The translations under genes and the position numbers were made by a program. From an uncultured Thermoleophilaceae bacterium (GTDB lineage Bacteria > Actinomycetota > Thermoleophilia > Solirubrobacterales > Thermoleophilaceae): DNA of 64,000 nucleotides. Every line of letters begins with the position of its first letter. Within the stretch, counting starts at the first letter, position 1. The DNA lies in the NCBI GenBank assembly GCA_963811055.1, contig CAWEPQ010000001.1, positions 60,390 to 124,389 of the forward strand, read 5' to 3'. Shown piece by piece: positions 11,398 to 20,128 of this stretch. The notes beneath the pieces were generated by a model. The model was not told the DNA's origin and ran no database searches. It saw nothing but the letters and a program-made list of their open reading frames with translations.

Positions 11398-11450
11398 GAG
11401 CCAGTCGACCTTGCCGCCGCCATCGCCTGAGCGGCGGCGGCGGAGAAAGC

Positions 11451-12149
11451 TCAGGACTCCCCGCCCTCCTGCGGCTCGGCGCCCTCGCCTTCCGTCTCGC
11501 CCTCAGCGGTGGGCTCGCCCTCCTCGCCCTCCTCGCCGACCAGCTCTGTCTCCTCCTCGACCTCTTCCGGCTCCTCCACCTCGGTGGGGACGACGATCGT
11601 CGCGATGATCGTCTCCTCCGGATCGTCGAGATAGACGACGCCGGCGGGGGGATCGATCTCCGAGAGGTGCATGGTGGCCGCGATCTCCATCCCGGACACG
11701 TCGACCGTGATGAAGTCGGGAATGTCCGTGGGCAGCGCCTCGATGTTGAGCTGGTGGGTGACCTGCTCCATCACGCCGCCCTCCTTGATGCCCGGGGCCT
11801 CCTCGGCGCCTTCGATGTGGACGGCCACCGGCGCCTGGATCGTCTCGAGCAGGTTTACCTCGAGCAGGTCGATGTGCATGACCTCCCCACGGACGGGATG
11901 CAGCTGCTGGTCCTTGACGATCACGGGGCGCGTCTTGCCGCCCTCGATCTTCAGGTCGATCAGCGCCGAGCCGTCGACGAGCACCTGTCGCAGGGCCCTG
12001 TACTCGACCTTGAACGCGGTGCACTCCCCGTCGGCGCCCCCGTACACCACGCCGGGCACGACACCCGTGCGGCGCAGGCGCCGCACGGCGCGGCTGCCCT
12101 GCTCAGGCCTGTCCTCTACGGCAAGTGTGGGTCGCTTTGAGTCCGCCAT
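11451..12149 (-). CDS. rplY: 50S ribosomal protein L25 / general stress protein Ctc
   Basis: 232-aa ORF. It has an L25/Ctc N-domain (GVVPGVVYGG) plus a beta-barrel C-domain and an acidic tail. It lies upstream of pth, as is usual. Confidence 0.9.
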   Translation of the reverse strand: MADSKRPTLAVEDRPEQGSRAVRRLRRTGVVPGVVYGGADGECTAFKVEYRALRQVLVDGSALIDLKIEGGKTRPVIVKDQQLHPVRGEVMHIDLLEVNLLETIQAPVAVHIEGAEEAPGIKEGGVMEQVTHQLNIEALPTDIPDFITVDVSGMEIAATMHLSEIDPPAGVVYLDDPEETIIATIVVPTEVEEPEEVEEETELVGEEGEEGEPTAEGETEGEGAEPQEGGES

Positions 12150-12202
12150 CCGGCGCGCCAGTCTAGCGGGGGCTCGGGGGCCTACCTATCCTCATCAGAG
12201 GA

Positions 12203-13618
12203 GTGCCTCGCCGCGACGACAGCTCGATTCCTGCAGGACGGGTCCGCAGGACTGCCGAGGTCGGATCCGTGCTCGGCACCCAGGGCGCGCGCTACGCCGG
12301 CACGCGCGCCGCCAACCTCACGCGCTCGCCCGAGGCAGCCGCCGAGGCGCTCGACCGCCGCCACCTGGAGGCCGCCGAGCGGATGGTGGAGACGCTCGGG
12401 CGGATGAAGGGCGCGGCCATGAAGATCGGCCAGCTGGCCTCGTTCATCGACACCGAGTTCCTACCGCCCGAGTACCGGGAGCTCTACCAGGAGCAGCTGG
12501 CCTCGCTTCGCACCTCCGCCCCGCCGATGCCGTGGAAGAAGGTCCACCAGGTGCTGCGCGAGGAATGGGACGAGCCGGTGGAGGAGCTGTTCGCGCGCTT
12601 CGACCATGAGGCCTCCGCCGCGGCATCCATCGGGCAGGTGCATCGCGCGGCCCTGCCCGACGGTCGCGAGGTTGCGGTGAAGGTGCAGTACCCCGGGGTG
12701 GCCGAGGCGATCCGCGCCGACATGCAGAACGCCGGCCTGCTGATGCGGATGGCCAAGGCGCTGGCCCCCGGGCTCGACGCCAAGGCAGCGGCCGAGGAGC
12801 TGAAGGAGCGCGTGATGGAGGAGCTCGACTACGAGCTCGAGGCGCAGAACCAGCGCTCGTTCGCGCGGGCCTACCGCGACCATCCGTTCATCCACGTGCC
12901 CGACGTGGTCACCCGGCTGTCCACCACGCGTGTGCTGGTGTCGGAGTGGGTCGACGGCGTGGGCTTCGAGCAGGTGGCGGCGCTTCCGGACGCCGAGCGC
13001 GACGCCTTCGGCGAGATCGTGTTCCGCTTCTGCTTCGGCTCGATCTACCACCTCCGTCACTTCAACGCGGACGCCCATCCGGGCAACTACCTGCTGATGC
13101 CCGACGGGCGGGTGGCGTTCATCGACTTCGGCATGACCAAGCAGCTCGACTCGGACCAGATCGAGCTGGAGGTGGCGGCGCTGGCGGCGGTGTTCGACGA
13201 CGATCCGGAGCGCCTCCGGGTGGCCCTGCACGACCTCGGCTTCCTGCGCGACCCGAGCAAGGTGGACGCCGAGCAGCTGATGGAGCACGTCCGGGCGATC
13301 GGGGGCTGGTACATGGAGGACCGCGAGGTCACGATCGACTCGGCCCGGGTGATGGACGCCATCGCCGCCGTGTCCGACCCGCGCTCCGAGTTCTACCGGC
13401 TGGTGCGCCGCGAGAACCTGCCCGCCAACGAGCTCATGGGGCGGCGCATGGAGACGGGGGTGCTGGCCGTGCTCGCCCAGCTGCGGGCCACGCGCAACTG
13501 GCACCGGATCGGCCGCGAGTGGTGGTTCGGAGACCCTCCCGCCACCGAGCTCGGGGAGCTGGAGGCGGCCTACTTCGAGTCCCGCGGCGAGCGCCGCGGC
13601 GGCGTGCGCGGCGCCTGA
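12203..13618 (+). CDS. ABC1/UbiB-family atypical protein kinase
   Basis: 471-aa ORF with a GTG start preceded by GAGGAG. ABC1 motifs are present: AAASIGQVHRA, NADAHPGNYLL and FIDFGM. Confidence 0.85.
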   Translation: MPRRDDSSIPAGRVRRTAEVGSVLGTQGARYAGTRAANLTRSPEAAAEALDRRHLEAAERMVETLGRMKGAAMKIGQLASFIDTEFLPPEYRELYQEQLASLRTSAPPMPWKKVHQVLREEWDEPVEELFARFDHEASAAASIGQVHRAALPDGREVAVKVQYPGVAEAIRADMQNAGLLMRMAKALAPGLDAKAAAEELKERVMEELDYELEAQNQRSFARAYRDHPFIHVPDVVTRLSTTRVLVSEWVDGVGFEQVAALPDAERDAFGEIVFRFCFGSIYHLRHFNADAHPGNYLLMPDGRVAFIDFGMTKQLDSDQIELEVAALAAVFDDDPERLRVALHDLGFLRDPSKVDAEQLMEHVRAIGGWYMEDREVTIDSARVMDAIAAVSDPRSEFYRLVRRENLPANELMGRRMETGVLAVLAQLRATRNWHRIGREWWFGDPPATELGELEAAYFESRGERRGGVRGA

Positions 13619-13626
13619 GGGGCCGC

Positions 13627-14661
13627 CTAAAACAGCTGGTTCTCGCCGGCGAAGATCTCCGACACCGAGTCGTCCAGGAAGATCCGCCGGATCGAGTCGG
13701 TGAGGATGTCCGCCGACGTGAGCTGCCGCACCATCTCGGGAGCGCCCGTGCGCAGCGGCACCGTGTCGGTCACGACGATGCCCTCGAGCGGCGAGCGCTC
13801 GAGCGTCTCGAACGCGCTGCCCGCGAACAGTCCGTGGGTGGCCACCGCGTAGACGCTGGTGGCGCCCTCGTCCATCACCGTCTGAGAAGCGGCGGCGAGC
13901 GTGCCGCCGGTGCCGATGATGTCGTCGACGATCACGGCCGTCTTGCCCGACACGTCGCCGATCACGTGCCCGATCTCGGCCACGCCCTGCGCGGGGCGTT
14001 CCTTCTCGAGCAGCGCGTAGGGCGCGCCCACCTTGCTCGCGAAGTTCTTGACGAGCTTCACCCGGCCCGCGTCGGGGGCGATGATCACGAGCTCCTGATC
14101 GCCGATGTGGTCCTGCACGAACTGGCTGAGGATCGGCATGGCCGTCATGTGGTCGACCGTCTTCGAGAAGAAGCCCTGCATCTGGCCGGCGTGGAGGTCC
14201 ATCGTCACCAGGCGGTCGATGCCGGCAACCTCGAGGAGCTCGGCCACGAGCCGGGCCGAGATCGGCTCCCGGGGCGCCGACTTCTTGTCCTGGCGCGAGT
14301 ACCCGTACCAGGGGCAGACGGCGATGATTCGGTGGGCCGAGGCGTGCTTGGCCGCGTGGATCATCAGGAGCAGCTCCATGAGCGAGTCGTTCACCGTGAG
14401 CCCCTCGCGCTCGGATCCGCAGATCGACTGCACGATGAAGAGGTCGGCGCCGCGGATGGACTCGCCGTAGCGGCAGTAGACCTCGCCGTCGGCAAACGTC
14501 TTCAGGCCCGCGTCCACCAGCTCGAGGCCCAGCCGGCCGCTGATCTTCGCCCCCAGCTCCTTGCTGGCCCGCCCGGACGTGACCATCATCTGCTTCTCGT
14601 AGCCGGCCGTCATCGACGTGCCGAGCGTGGGCGCCGTGGCGGTGTCGAGGGGCTTGCTCAT
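13627..14661 (-). CDS. prs: ribose-phosphate pyrophosphokinase (PRPP synthetase)
   Basis: Frame of ORF 13627..15957 trimmed to ATG 14661, which forms an ATGA overlap with the glmU stop. Motifs DLHAGQMQGFF and VIVDDIIGTGGT are present. An alternative start lies at M17. Confidence 0.9.
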   Translation of the reverse strand: MSKPLDTATAPTLGTSMTAGYEKQMMVTSGRASKELGAKISGRLGLELVDAGLKTFADGEVYCRYGESIRGADLFIVQSICGSEREGLTVNDSLMELLLMIHAAKHASAHRIIAVCPWYGYSRQDKKSAPREPISARLVAELLEVAGIDRLVTMDLHAGQMQGFFSKTVDHMTAMPILSQFVQDHIGDQELVIIAPDAGRVKLVKNFASKVGAPYALLEKERPAQGVAEIGHVIGDVSGKTAVIVDDIIGTGGTLAAASQTVMDEGATSVYAVATHGLFAGSAFETLERSPLEGIVVTDTVPLRTGAPEMVRQLTSADILTDSIRRIFLDDSVSEIFAGENQLF

Positions 14662-16043
14662 TTTGGTTCGTCCGTGTCTTCCACGCGGTCGGCGTACCCG
14701 TCGATGTTCTTCTGCTTCGAGCGGCCGATCCCGAGTGCCCCGTCTGGAACGTCTCCGGTGATCACCGAACCGGCCCCAGTGTACGCCCGGTCGCCGACGT
14801 CCACGGGAGCCACCAGCGAGGTGTGGATGCCCGTCTTCACACCGTCTCCGATGGTGGTCCGGTGCTTCTTGCGCCCGTCGTAGTTGGCGGTGATGGTGCT
14901 GGCGCCGAGGTTGCTCCCCGCGCCCACGTCGGCGTCGCCCACGTAGGAGAGGTGGGGGATCTTCGCGCCCTCGCCGACGTCCGAGTTCTTGACCTCCACG
15001 AAGGTGCCGACCTTCGAGCCCGCGCCGAGCACGGTGCCGGGACGTAGGTATGCGAACGGTCCCACGGTCGCGCGCTCGCCGACCTCCGCCTCCACCACGT
15101 AGGAGTGCAGGACGCGTGCTCCGCTTCCCACCCGGGAGTCGATGAGGGTGGCGTGCGGACCCACCTCGGCGCCTTCGCCGACGCTCGTCGATCCGAGCAG
15201 GCTGACGCCCGGGCCCACCACCGCGTCGACTCCAATCGAGACACCGGCCTCCACCCGTGTGGTGGCGGGCTGGAGGAAGGTCACGCCTTCGTGGGCGTGG
15301 CGTTCGAGGATCCGGGCCTGGGCCACCGCCTCGGCCTGCATCAGGTCGGCGCGATCGTTGACCCCGAGCGCGCCGCCGGCGTCGTCGGTGAGGTAGGTGA
15401 CGATGCCCTGGTCGCGCTCCCGCAGGACCCTGATGGCCGCCGTGAGGTAGCGCTCGCCGCCCTCGGCCTCGACCGTGTCGAGCGCCGCCACGAGCGCGTC
15501 CGGCTGGAATGCATAGGTGCCGAGGTTGATCTCGCGGATGGCGAGCTCCTCCTCGGGCACGCCCTCCGGATGCTTGGTCTCGACGATTCGCTCGACGCTG
15601 CCGTCGCCGTTCCGCACGATGCGCCCGTAGCCGGCGGGATCGAGCCCGTCCGTGGTGAGGATCGTGGCCGCGGCACCGTCCTCGCGGTGCGCGCCGAGCA
15701 GCCCGGTGAGGTGCTCCGCCGATACGAGCGGGTGATCGCCGGACAGCACGACCACCGGTCCGGTCGCCGACTCGAGCACCGAGCGGGCCGCGAGCACGGC
15801 CGATCCGGTGCCCTCCCCCTCGGTCTGCTCGGCCACCTCCACGCCCTCGGGCACGCCGTCGGCCACCCCGTCGCCTGGCCGCACCACGCAGACGATGCGG
15901 TCGGCGCCGGCCTCGCGACCGGCGTCGACGACCCACTCGAGCATGGGTTTGCCGCACACTTGGTGGAGCACCTTGGGCAGCTCCGACCGCATGCGCGTCC
16001 CCCGCCCGGCGGCCATGATCAGGACCGTGAAGGGCTCAGCCAT
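14658..16043 (-). CDS. glmU: bifunctional UDP-N-acetylglucosamine pyrophosphorylase / glucosamine-1-phosphate N-acetyltransferase
   Basis: 461-aa ORF. It has an N-terminal LIMAAGRGTRMRS nucleotidyltransferase motif and C-terminal hexapeptide (left-handed beta-helix) repeats. Confidence 0.95.
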   Translation of the reverse strand: MAEPFTVLIMAAGRGTRMRSELPKVLHQVCGKPMLEWVVDAGREAGADRIVCVVRPGDGVADGVPEGVEVAEQTEGEGTGSAVLAARSVLESATGPVVVLSGDHPLVSAEHLTGLLGAHREDGAAATILTTDGLDPAGYGRIVRNGDGSVERIVETKHPEGVPEEELAIREINLGTYAFQPDALVAALDTVEAEGGERYLTAAIRVLRERDQGIVTYLTDDAGGALGVNDRADLMQAEAVAQARILERHAHEGVTFLQPATTRVEAGVSIGVDAVVGPGVSLLGSTSVGEGAEVGPHATLIDSRVGSGARVLHSYVVEAEVGERATVGPFAYLRPGTVLGAGSKVGTFVEVKNSDVGEGAKIPHLSYVGDADVGAGSNLGASTITANYDGRKKHRTTIGDGVKTGIHTSLVAPVDVGDRAYTGAGSVITGDVPDGALGIGRSKQKNIDGYADRVEDTDEPK

Positions 16044-16074
16044 TGAGTCTTGAGCGTACCGTCGAATGGCGCGT

Positions 16075-16854
16075 CTACGTGGCCTTGTCGCCGTTCGCCG
16101 GTTTCGGTGCCCGTTCGTACCAGCGCAACCACTTCCGTACCGCGTTGTCCGAGACCCCGTACTTGCGGCCGACGGCGACGCAGCTCATGTCGCTCAGGTC
16201 GGCCACGAGCTGATCACGGCTCGGGCGCTCGACCTTGCGCGTATGTGGGCGCGGACCCCTGAGAAGCGTCCGGTCATGCCTGACGCCGCACGCGGCCGAG
16301 CAATGGCGCTGTTTCGCATAACGGGGCCTGAATCGCGCGCCGCACCGCGCACAGGAACGATCGTCCCGAAGCTGCATGTTCCGCCCGCAATGGGTGTCCA
16401 GGGTTGCAGCACAGTTCGGGCAGACGATCCGGAGATTCTCGATTCGGTTGTCTGTGGGAACACCATTGATGTGGTCGAGAATCAGTGCCATGCGCTGCCC
16501 ACGCCACATGCCGTTCTGACCGCAGAGCTCGCACTCAGGGTGCTTCAGCCCCTCGCGGTAGAGCCGGCGCTTGAGGGTGGTCCGGGAGTAAGTGGAATGC
16601 TCGACCAGGAGCTCGTCGAGTTGGCGGACAGTCCGTCCCATACGGTTGCGCGCGGCCCAGTACGGATCGAAGTGGTCGACCGAGATCCCCCAAATCTGGA
16701 CCCACTTGCGAAGGACCCCGCTGCCACCCCCGCTCACGCACATCCCAAGCCGGCGAAGAGCTTCGGCGTACGACCGAGAAGCGGCTACAGCCTCTCGGGC
16801 CTGCGACTCCGTGTAGCGCGTTCGGGCCGTCTCCATACGAACGTATGTTCGCAT
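16075..16854 (-). CDS. free-standing HNH endonuclease with C-terminal HTH
   Basis: 259-aa ORF with the HNH core LDHINGVPTDNRIENLRIVCPNCAA, additional Cys pairs (CARCG..CSAAC) and a C-terminal HTH-like VGRKYGVSDNAVRKWL. G+C is lower than in the neighbours. Confidence 0.85.
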   Translation of the reverse strand: MRTYVRMETARTRYTESQAREAVAASRSYAEALRRLGMCVSGGGSGVLRKWVQIWGISVDHFDPYWAARNRMGRTVRQLDELLVEHSTYSRTTLKRRLYREGLKHPECELCGQNGMWRGQRMALILDHINGVPTDNRIENLRIVCPNCAATLDTHCGRNMQLRDDRSCARCGARFRPRYAKQRHCSAACGVRHDRTLLRGPRPHTRKVERPSRDQLVADLSDMSCVAVGRKYGVSDNAVRKWLRWYERAPKPANGDKAT

Positions 16855-16874
16855 GAGGGCCGGACGGATTCAGG

Positions 16875-16945
16875 CTGGGGAGGGAGGAATCGGACCTCCA
16901 TCTCGTGGACCAAAACCACGCGTCATGCCATTAGACCACTCCCCA
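16875..16945 (-). tRNA. tRNA-Gln (anticodon UUG)
   Basis: I hand-folded a cloverleaf from TGGGGAG TG GTC..GAC G CGTGG TTTTGGT CCACG AGAT GGAGG TCCGATT CCTCC CTCCCCA G. The acceptor stem is 7 bp, the anticodon stem 5 bp and the T stem 5 bp. CC follows the discriminator, with no encoded A. The T-loop reads UCCGAUU, so position 55 is C. Confidence 0.8.
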
Positions 16946-16981
16946 ATGAGGCCGCGGCGAAGGTACCACCGCCGCGTTCGG

Positions 16982-18289
16982 TCAGCGGTCCTTTCGCTCG
17001 AGTGGCACGCGGCCGGCTTCGGCGCCCTTCTCCTGGGCGGGGCCGCCGGGTGGATGGATGCCGAGCACACGCATCGCCTTGAGCCCGAGCGAGAGCCGCT
17101 CGCGGCCGTCCGTGGAGGACACATCGAGGCCGCTCAGCTCGCGGACGCGCTCGAGGCGGTAGCGGATCGTGTGCCGGTGGGTGAAGAGGCGCTCGGCGGT
17201 GCGCGCCACGTTCCCGTCGGCGTCCAGGAAGCTCTCGAGCGTGCGGACCAGCTCGGTCTCGTACTGCTCGTCGTAGTCCACGAGCGGCGCCACGGTCTCC
17301 TCGAAGAAACCCTGCAGCTCGCTCGGGTCCTCGCTCATCGCCGGCAGCAGCAGCCGGTAGGCGCCCGTCTCCTCGAACGAGAGCTGCTCGAGCCCGCGCG
17401 CCTCGGCCACGTTGGCGGCCAGCAGCGCCTCGGTGCCGGCGCGATGCAGGTCGGCCGGCTCGTCGGCATGCCTGCTGATCGCCACCGTGAGCATGTGGGC
17501 GGGGAGACCCGCCTCGAGCTCGGCGTACACGGCGTCGGCCACCCGGCGGCCCGCCGCCACGTCGGGCCCCGGCGCGACGATCACCAGTTCGCGGCTACCC
17601 GTGGTCGCTCCCTCCCCCGTCGCCGCCCTGCCGTGGCGGGCGACCCAGCCGGGCGACACCAGCGCCGTGAGCGCGGTGCGCTCGACCGCACGGGCGCCGC
17701 GCTCCGCGACCGTGAGCACGCGCGCGCGCCAGTCGCCCTCCTCCGGATGCTGGGGCCGGGCGCGGGCCACGATCACGCTGGCTCCAGCCGACAGGTCGCA
17801 GCCGAGCTCGGCCGCGCGCGCTGCCACCGTCTCGCCGTCGGGGATGCGCCGCGCAAGCAGGTCGTTGACGAAGTCGGCCACGGCGGCCTCGCTGGCGCGC
17901 TCCGGCGCCTTGGCGCGGTCCACCTCCAACCCGATGAGGTTGGCCACCACGCGAAGCAGCGAGGGCACCGGCTCGGCCGCGCGAACGCGGTAGCGAAGCT
18001 CCCCGACCGCCACGTCGGCGACCGTGAGCTCGACGCTGCGGGCGTCTCCCTCCAGCGCCATCACCGCACGCTCGTCCTCAGGGGAGGCGCAGGCGACCGC
18101 AAGCACGCTGCTCCTCGAGTCGAGCACGATCACGCTCGCGTCGATGGCACGCCCCGCGGCGCGAGCCACGGTGGGCAGCCCGGTGCCGGCCTCCACAGCC
18201 TCGGAGACCTCGCCCAGCGCGTCCAGGAACGAGCGCGGCTCCACGATCAGAGAGCCGGCCGCGCCCGCCGGTTCGTGCGAGACCGACAT
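16982..18289 (-). CDS. PucR/CdaR-family transcriptional regulator
   Basis: 435-aa ORF with a C-terminal PucR-type HTH (ARTAERLFTHRHTIRYRLERVRELSGLD). Confidence 0.85.
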   Translation of the reverse strand: MSVSHEPAGAAGSLIVEPRSFLDALGEVSEAVEAGTGLPTVARAAGRAIDASVIVLDSRSSVLAVACASPEDERAVMALEGDARSVELTVADVAVGELRYRVRAAEPVPSLLRVVANLIGLEVDRAKAPERASEAAVADFVNDLLARRIPDGETVAARAAELGCDLSAGASVIVARARPQHPEEGDWRARVLTVAERGARAVERTALTALVSPGWVARHGRAATGEGATTGSRELVIVAPGPDVAAGRRVADAVYAELEAGLPAHMLTVAISRHADEPADLHRAGTEALLAANVAEARGLEQLSFEETGAYRLLLPAMSEDPSELQGFFEETVAPLVDYDEQYETELVRTLESFLDADGNVARTAERLFTHRHTIRYRLERVRELSGLDVSSTDGRERLSLGLKAMRVLGIHPPGGPAQEKGAEAGRVPLERKDR

Positions 18290-18334
18290 GCCCCGATCGT
18301 ACCGACGACCCGCCTCTGGGCACGCGACTGCGGG

Positions 18335-18556
18335 CTATGCGTAGCGGTCGTAGCTCCACACGACCGCGAGACCTATGACGGTGCCTGTTCCGAGCAGCGT
18401 CGCGAGGATGAACAGCGTGAGGAAGCTCGCGGCGAGCTTCTCCCACAGGCGCCCGTAGCAGCGCCATGCCGGCATCGCGATCAGGCCGACGTAGCACGAG
18501 ACGGTCAGCCCGATGGCCAGCGCGATTGTGATCTCGGTGGTGGTGAAGTCCGTCAT
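18335..18556 (-). CDS. small two-helix membrane protein (hypothetical)
   Basis: 73-aa ORF with two hydrophobic helices. Its ATG overlaps the stop of the upstream DedA-PAP2 gene (ATGA), which argues for translation. Confidence 0.55.
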   Translation of the reverse strand: MTDFTTTEITIALAIGLTVSCYVGLIAMPAWRCYGRLWEKLAASFLTLFILATLLGTGTVIGLAVVWSYDRYA

Positions 18557-20109
18557 GGGGGCGATGGGGCCGTGCTGCGCTCATTGTTGCGAACGGCCTC
18601 GACGATCAGGGCGATCGTGGCCACCAGGCCGAAGATGCCGAGGCCCAGCCCCCAGCCCGCCGCCACGTCCGACCAGTAGTGCGCCCGCAGATAGACCCTG
18701 GTGAGGCCGATCGCGGCGGTGAGGATCACGGCGCCGGTGACGATCGCCGCCTGGCTGGGCAGCCCGCGTTCGCGGGTGAGCACCACGGCCACGGCGATCC
18801 AGGCGGTGGCGTACGCGGCGTGGCCGCTCGGGAACGACGACTTGCTCGCGTCCACCAGGGGACCGGCGGGCCGCACACGGTCGATCGAGTCCTTGGCCAC
18901 GTCCACGGCCAGGACCACGAGCGCGAACCCGACCAGGAGCAGCACGGCATCGCGGTGCCGCTTGCCCGCCACGAGCACCGCGCCGGCCGCCACCACGAGC
19001 GCGCTGACGGTCGCGAACGAGCCGAGCTCAGTGACCACCTTGGCCACGTCGACGGCGAAGTCGCTCAGCAGATGGCGGCCCACGTCGAAGAGCTCACGGT
19101 CGAGCGGCGTGAGCGCCGTGGACCCGTACACGACCGTGGCGTAGAGCACGAACACGTAGATCCCGGCTCCGGCCACCGCCATGGAGGTCACGAGCTTGAG
19201 CGAGAGCCGGTCGACCAGGAACCGGACCTCGGGCCCCAGGACCCGCACCACCGGTCGTACGAGCAGCTTGTACACCGGGCGGCCGACCGCGAACAGCGGC
19301 CGCACCAGGGGATGGCGCTCGTGGGCCTCCAGCCAGGCGCGGATCTCCGCGCGCCGCCGGTAGGCAGTGACCAATCCGACGATCACCGCGACGGTCAGCC
19401 CGAAGCCGAAGACCGCCTGGCCGGCGATGTGCGCGACGCGGTCGAACGAGCGCCAGAACACGTAGCCGAGCACGCAGAAGGTGGTGGCCCACAGCCCGGT
19501 GCCGACCACGCTGAACGGGACGAAGCGCCGGTACGCCATTCCGGACGCGCCGGCGATGAACGGGGCGAGTGCGCGCACGAGGCCGATGAAGCGCCCGATC
19601 AGGATCGTCTTGCCGCCGTGCCGCTCGAAGTACCCCTCCACTTGGTCGAGCCGCTCATGGGTGATCTTCACCTTCGGTCCGTGGCGCTCCAGGAAGTTCC
19701 GTCCCAGGCGCCGCCCGATGAAGAAGCTGGTGGTGTCCCCGAGCACCGCGCAGACCCACACCAGGCCGATCAGCGGAAGCAGCGAGATCTCGCCCTGGCC
19801 GGCGATCACGCCGCCGGCGATCACCACGGTCTCGCCGGGTGCCACGAGACCCACGAAGGCGCCCGTCTCGAGGAACGCCATCACCCCCACGAGCAGGTAC
19901 GTCCACGGGCCGAGCGCCCGCGCGATGTCGCCGATCAGATCCTTGGGGTCCGGCAGGGCCGACAGGACGCCGCTCGCGTACACCGCGAGCGCGAGCGCGG
20001 CCAGCACGAGGAGGGCCTTGCGCTCGAACTCCAGGCGCCGCCAGCGCCAGACGGCGTAGGCCGCCAGGAGCACGGCCACGACCGCCGCTGCGATATGTGC
20101 CGCCGACAC
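18553..20109 (-). CDS. DedA-family / PAP2 phosphatase fusion membrane protein
   Basis: 518-aa ORF. The N-terminal half has the DedA (SNARE-associated) signature GDTTSFFIGRRLG..ILIGRFIGLVRALAPFIAG. The C-terminal half has the PAP2 motifs KDSIDRVRP, PSGH and SRVYLRAHYWSD-like (TRVYLRAHYWSDV). Confidence 0.85.
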   Translation of the reverse strand: MSAAHIAAAVVAVLLAAYAVWRWRRLEFERKALLVLAALALAVYASGVLSALPDPKDLIGDIARALGPWTYLLVGVMAFLETGAFVGLVAPGETVVIAGGVIAGQGEISLLPLIGLVWVCAVLGDTTSFFIGRRLGRNFLERHGPKVKITHERLDQVEGYFERHGGKTILIGRFIGLVRALAPFIAGASGMAYRRFVPFSVVGTGLWATTFCVLGYVFWRSFDRVAHIAGQAVFGFGLTVAVIVGLVTAYRRRAEIRAWLEAHERHPLVRPLFAVGRPVYKLLVRPVVRVLGPEVRFLVDRLSLKLVTSMAVAGAGIYVFVLYATVVYGSTALTPLDRELFDVGRHLLSDFAVDVAKVVTELGSFATVSALVVAAGAVLVAGKRHRDAVLLLVGFALVVLAVDVAKDSIDRVRPAGPLVDASKSSFPSGHAAYATAWIAVAVVLTRERGLPSQAAIVTGAVILTAAIGLTRVYLRAHYWSDVAAGWGLGLGIFGLVATIALIVEAVRNNERSTAPSPP

Positions 20110-20128
20110 GCGGCGGACTGTAGGCGCC

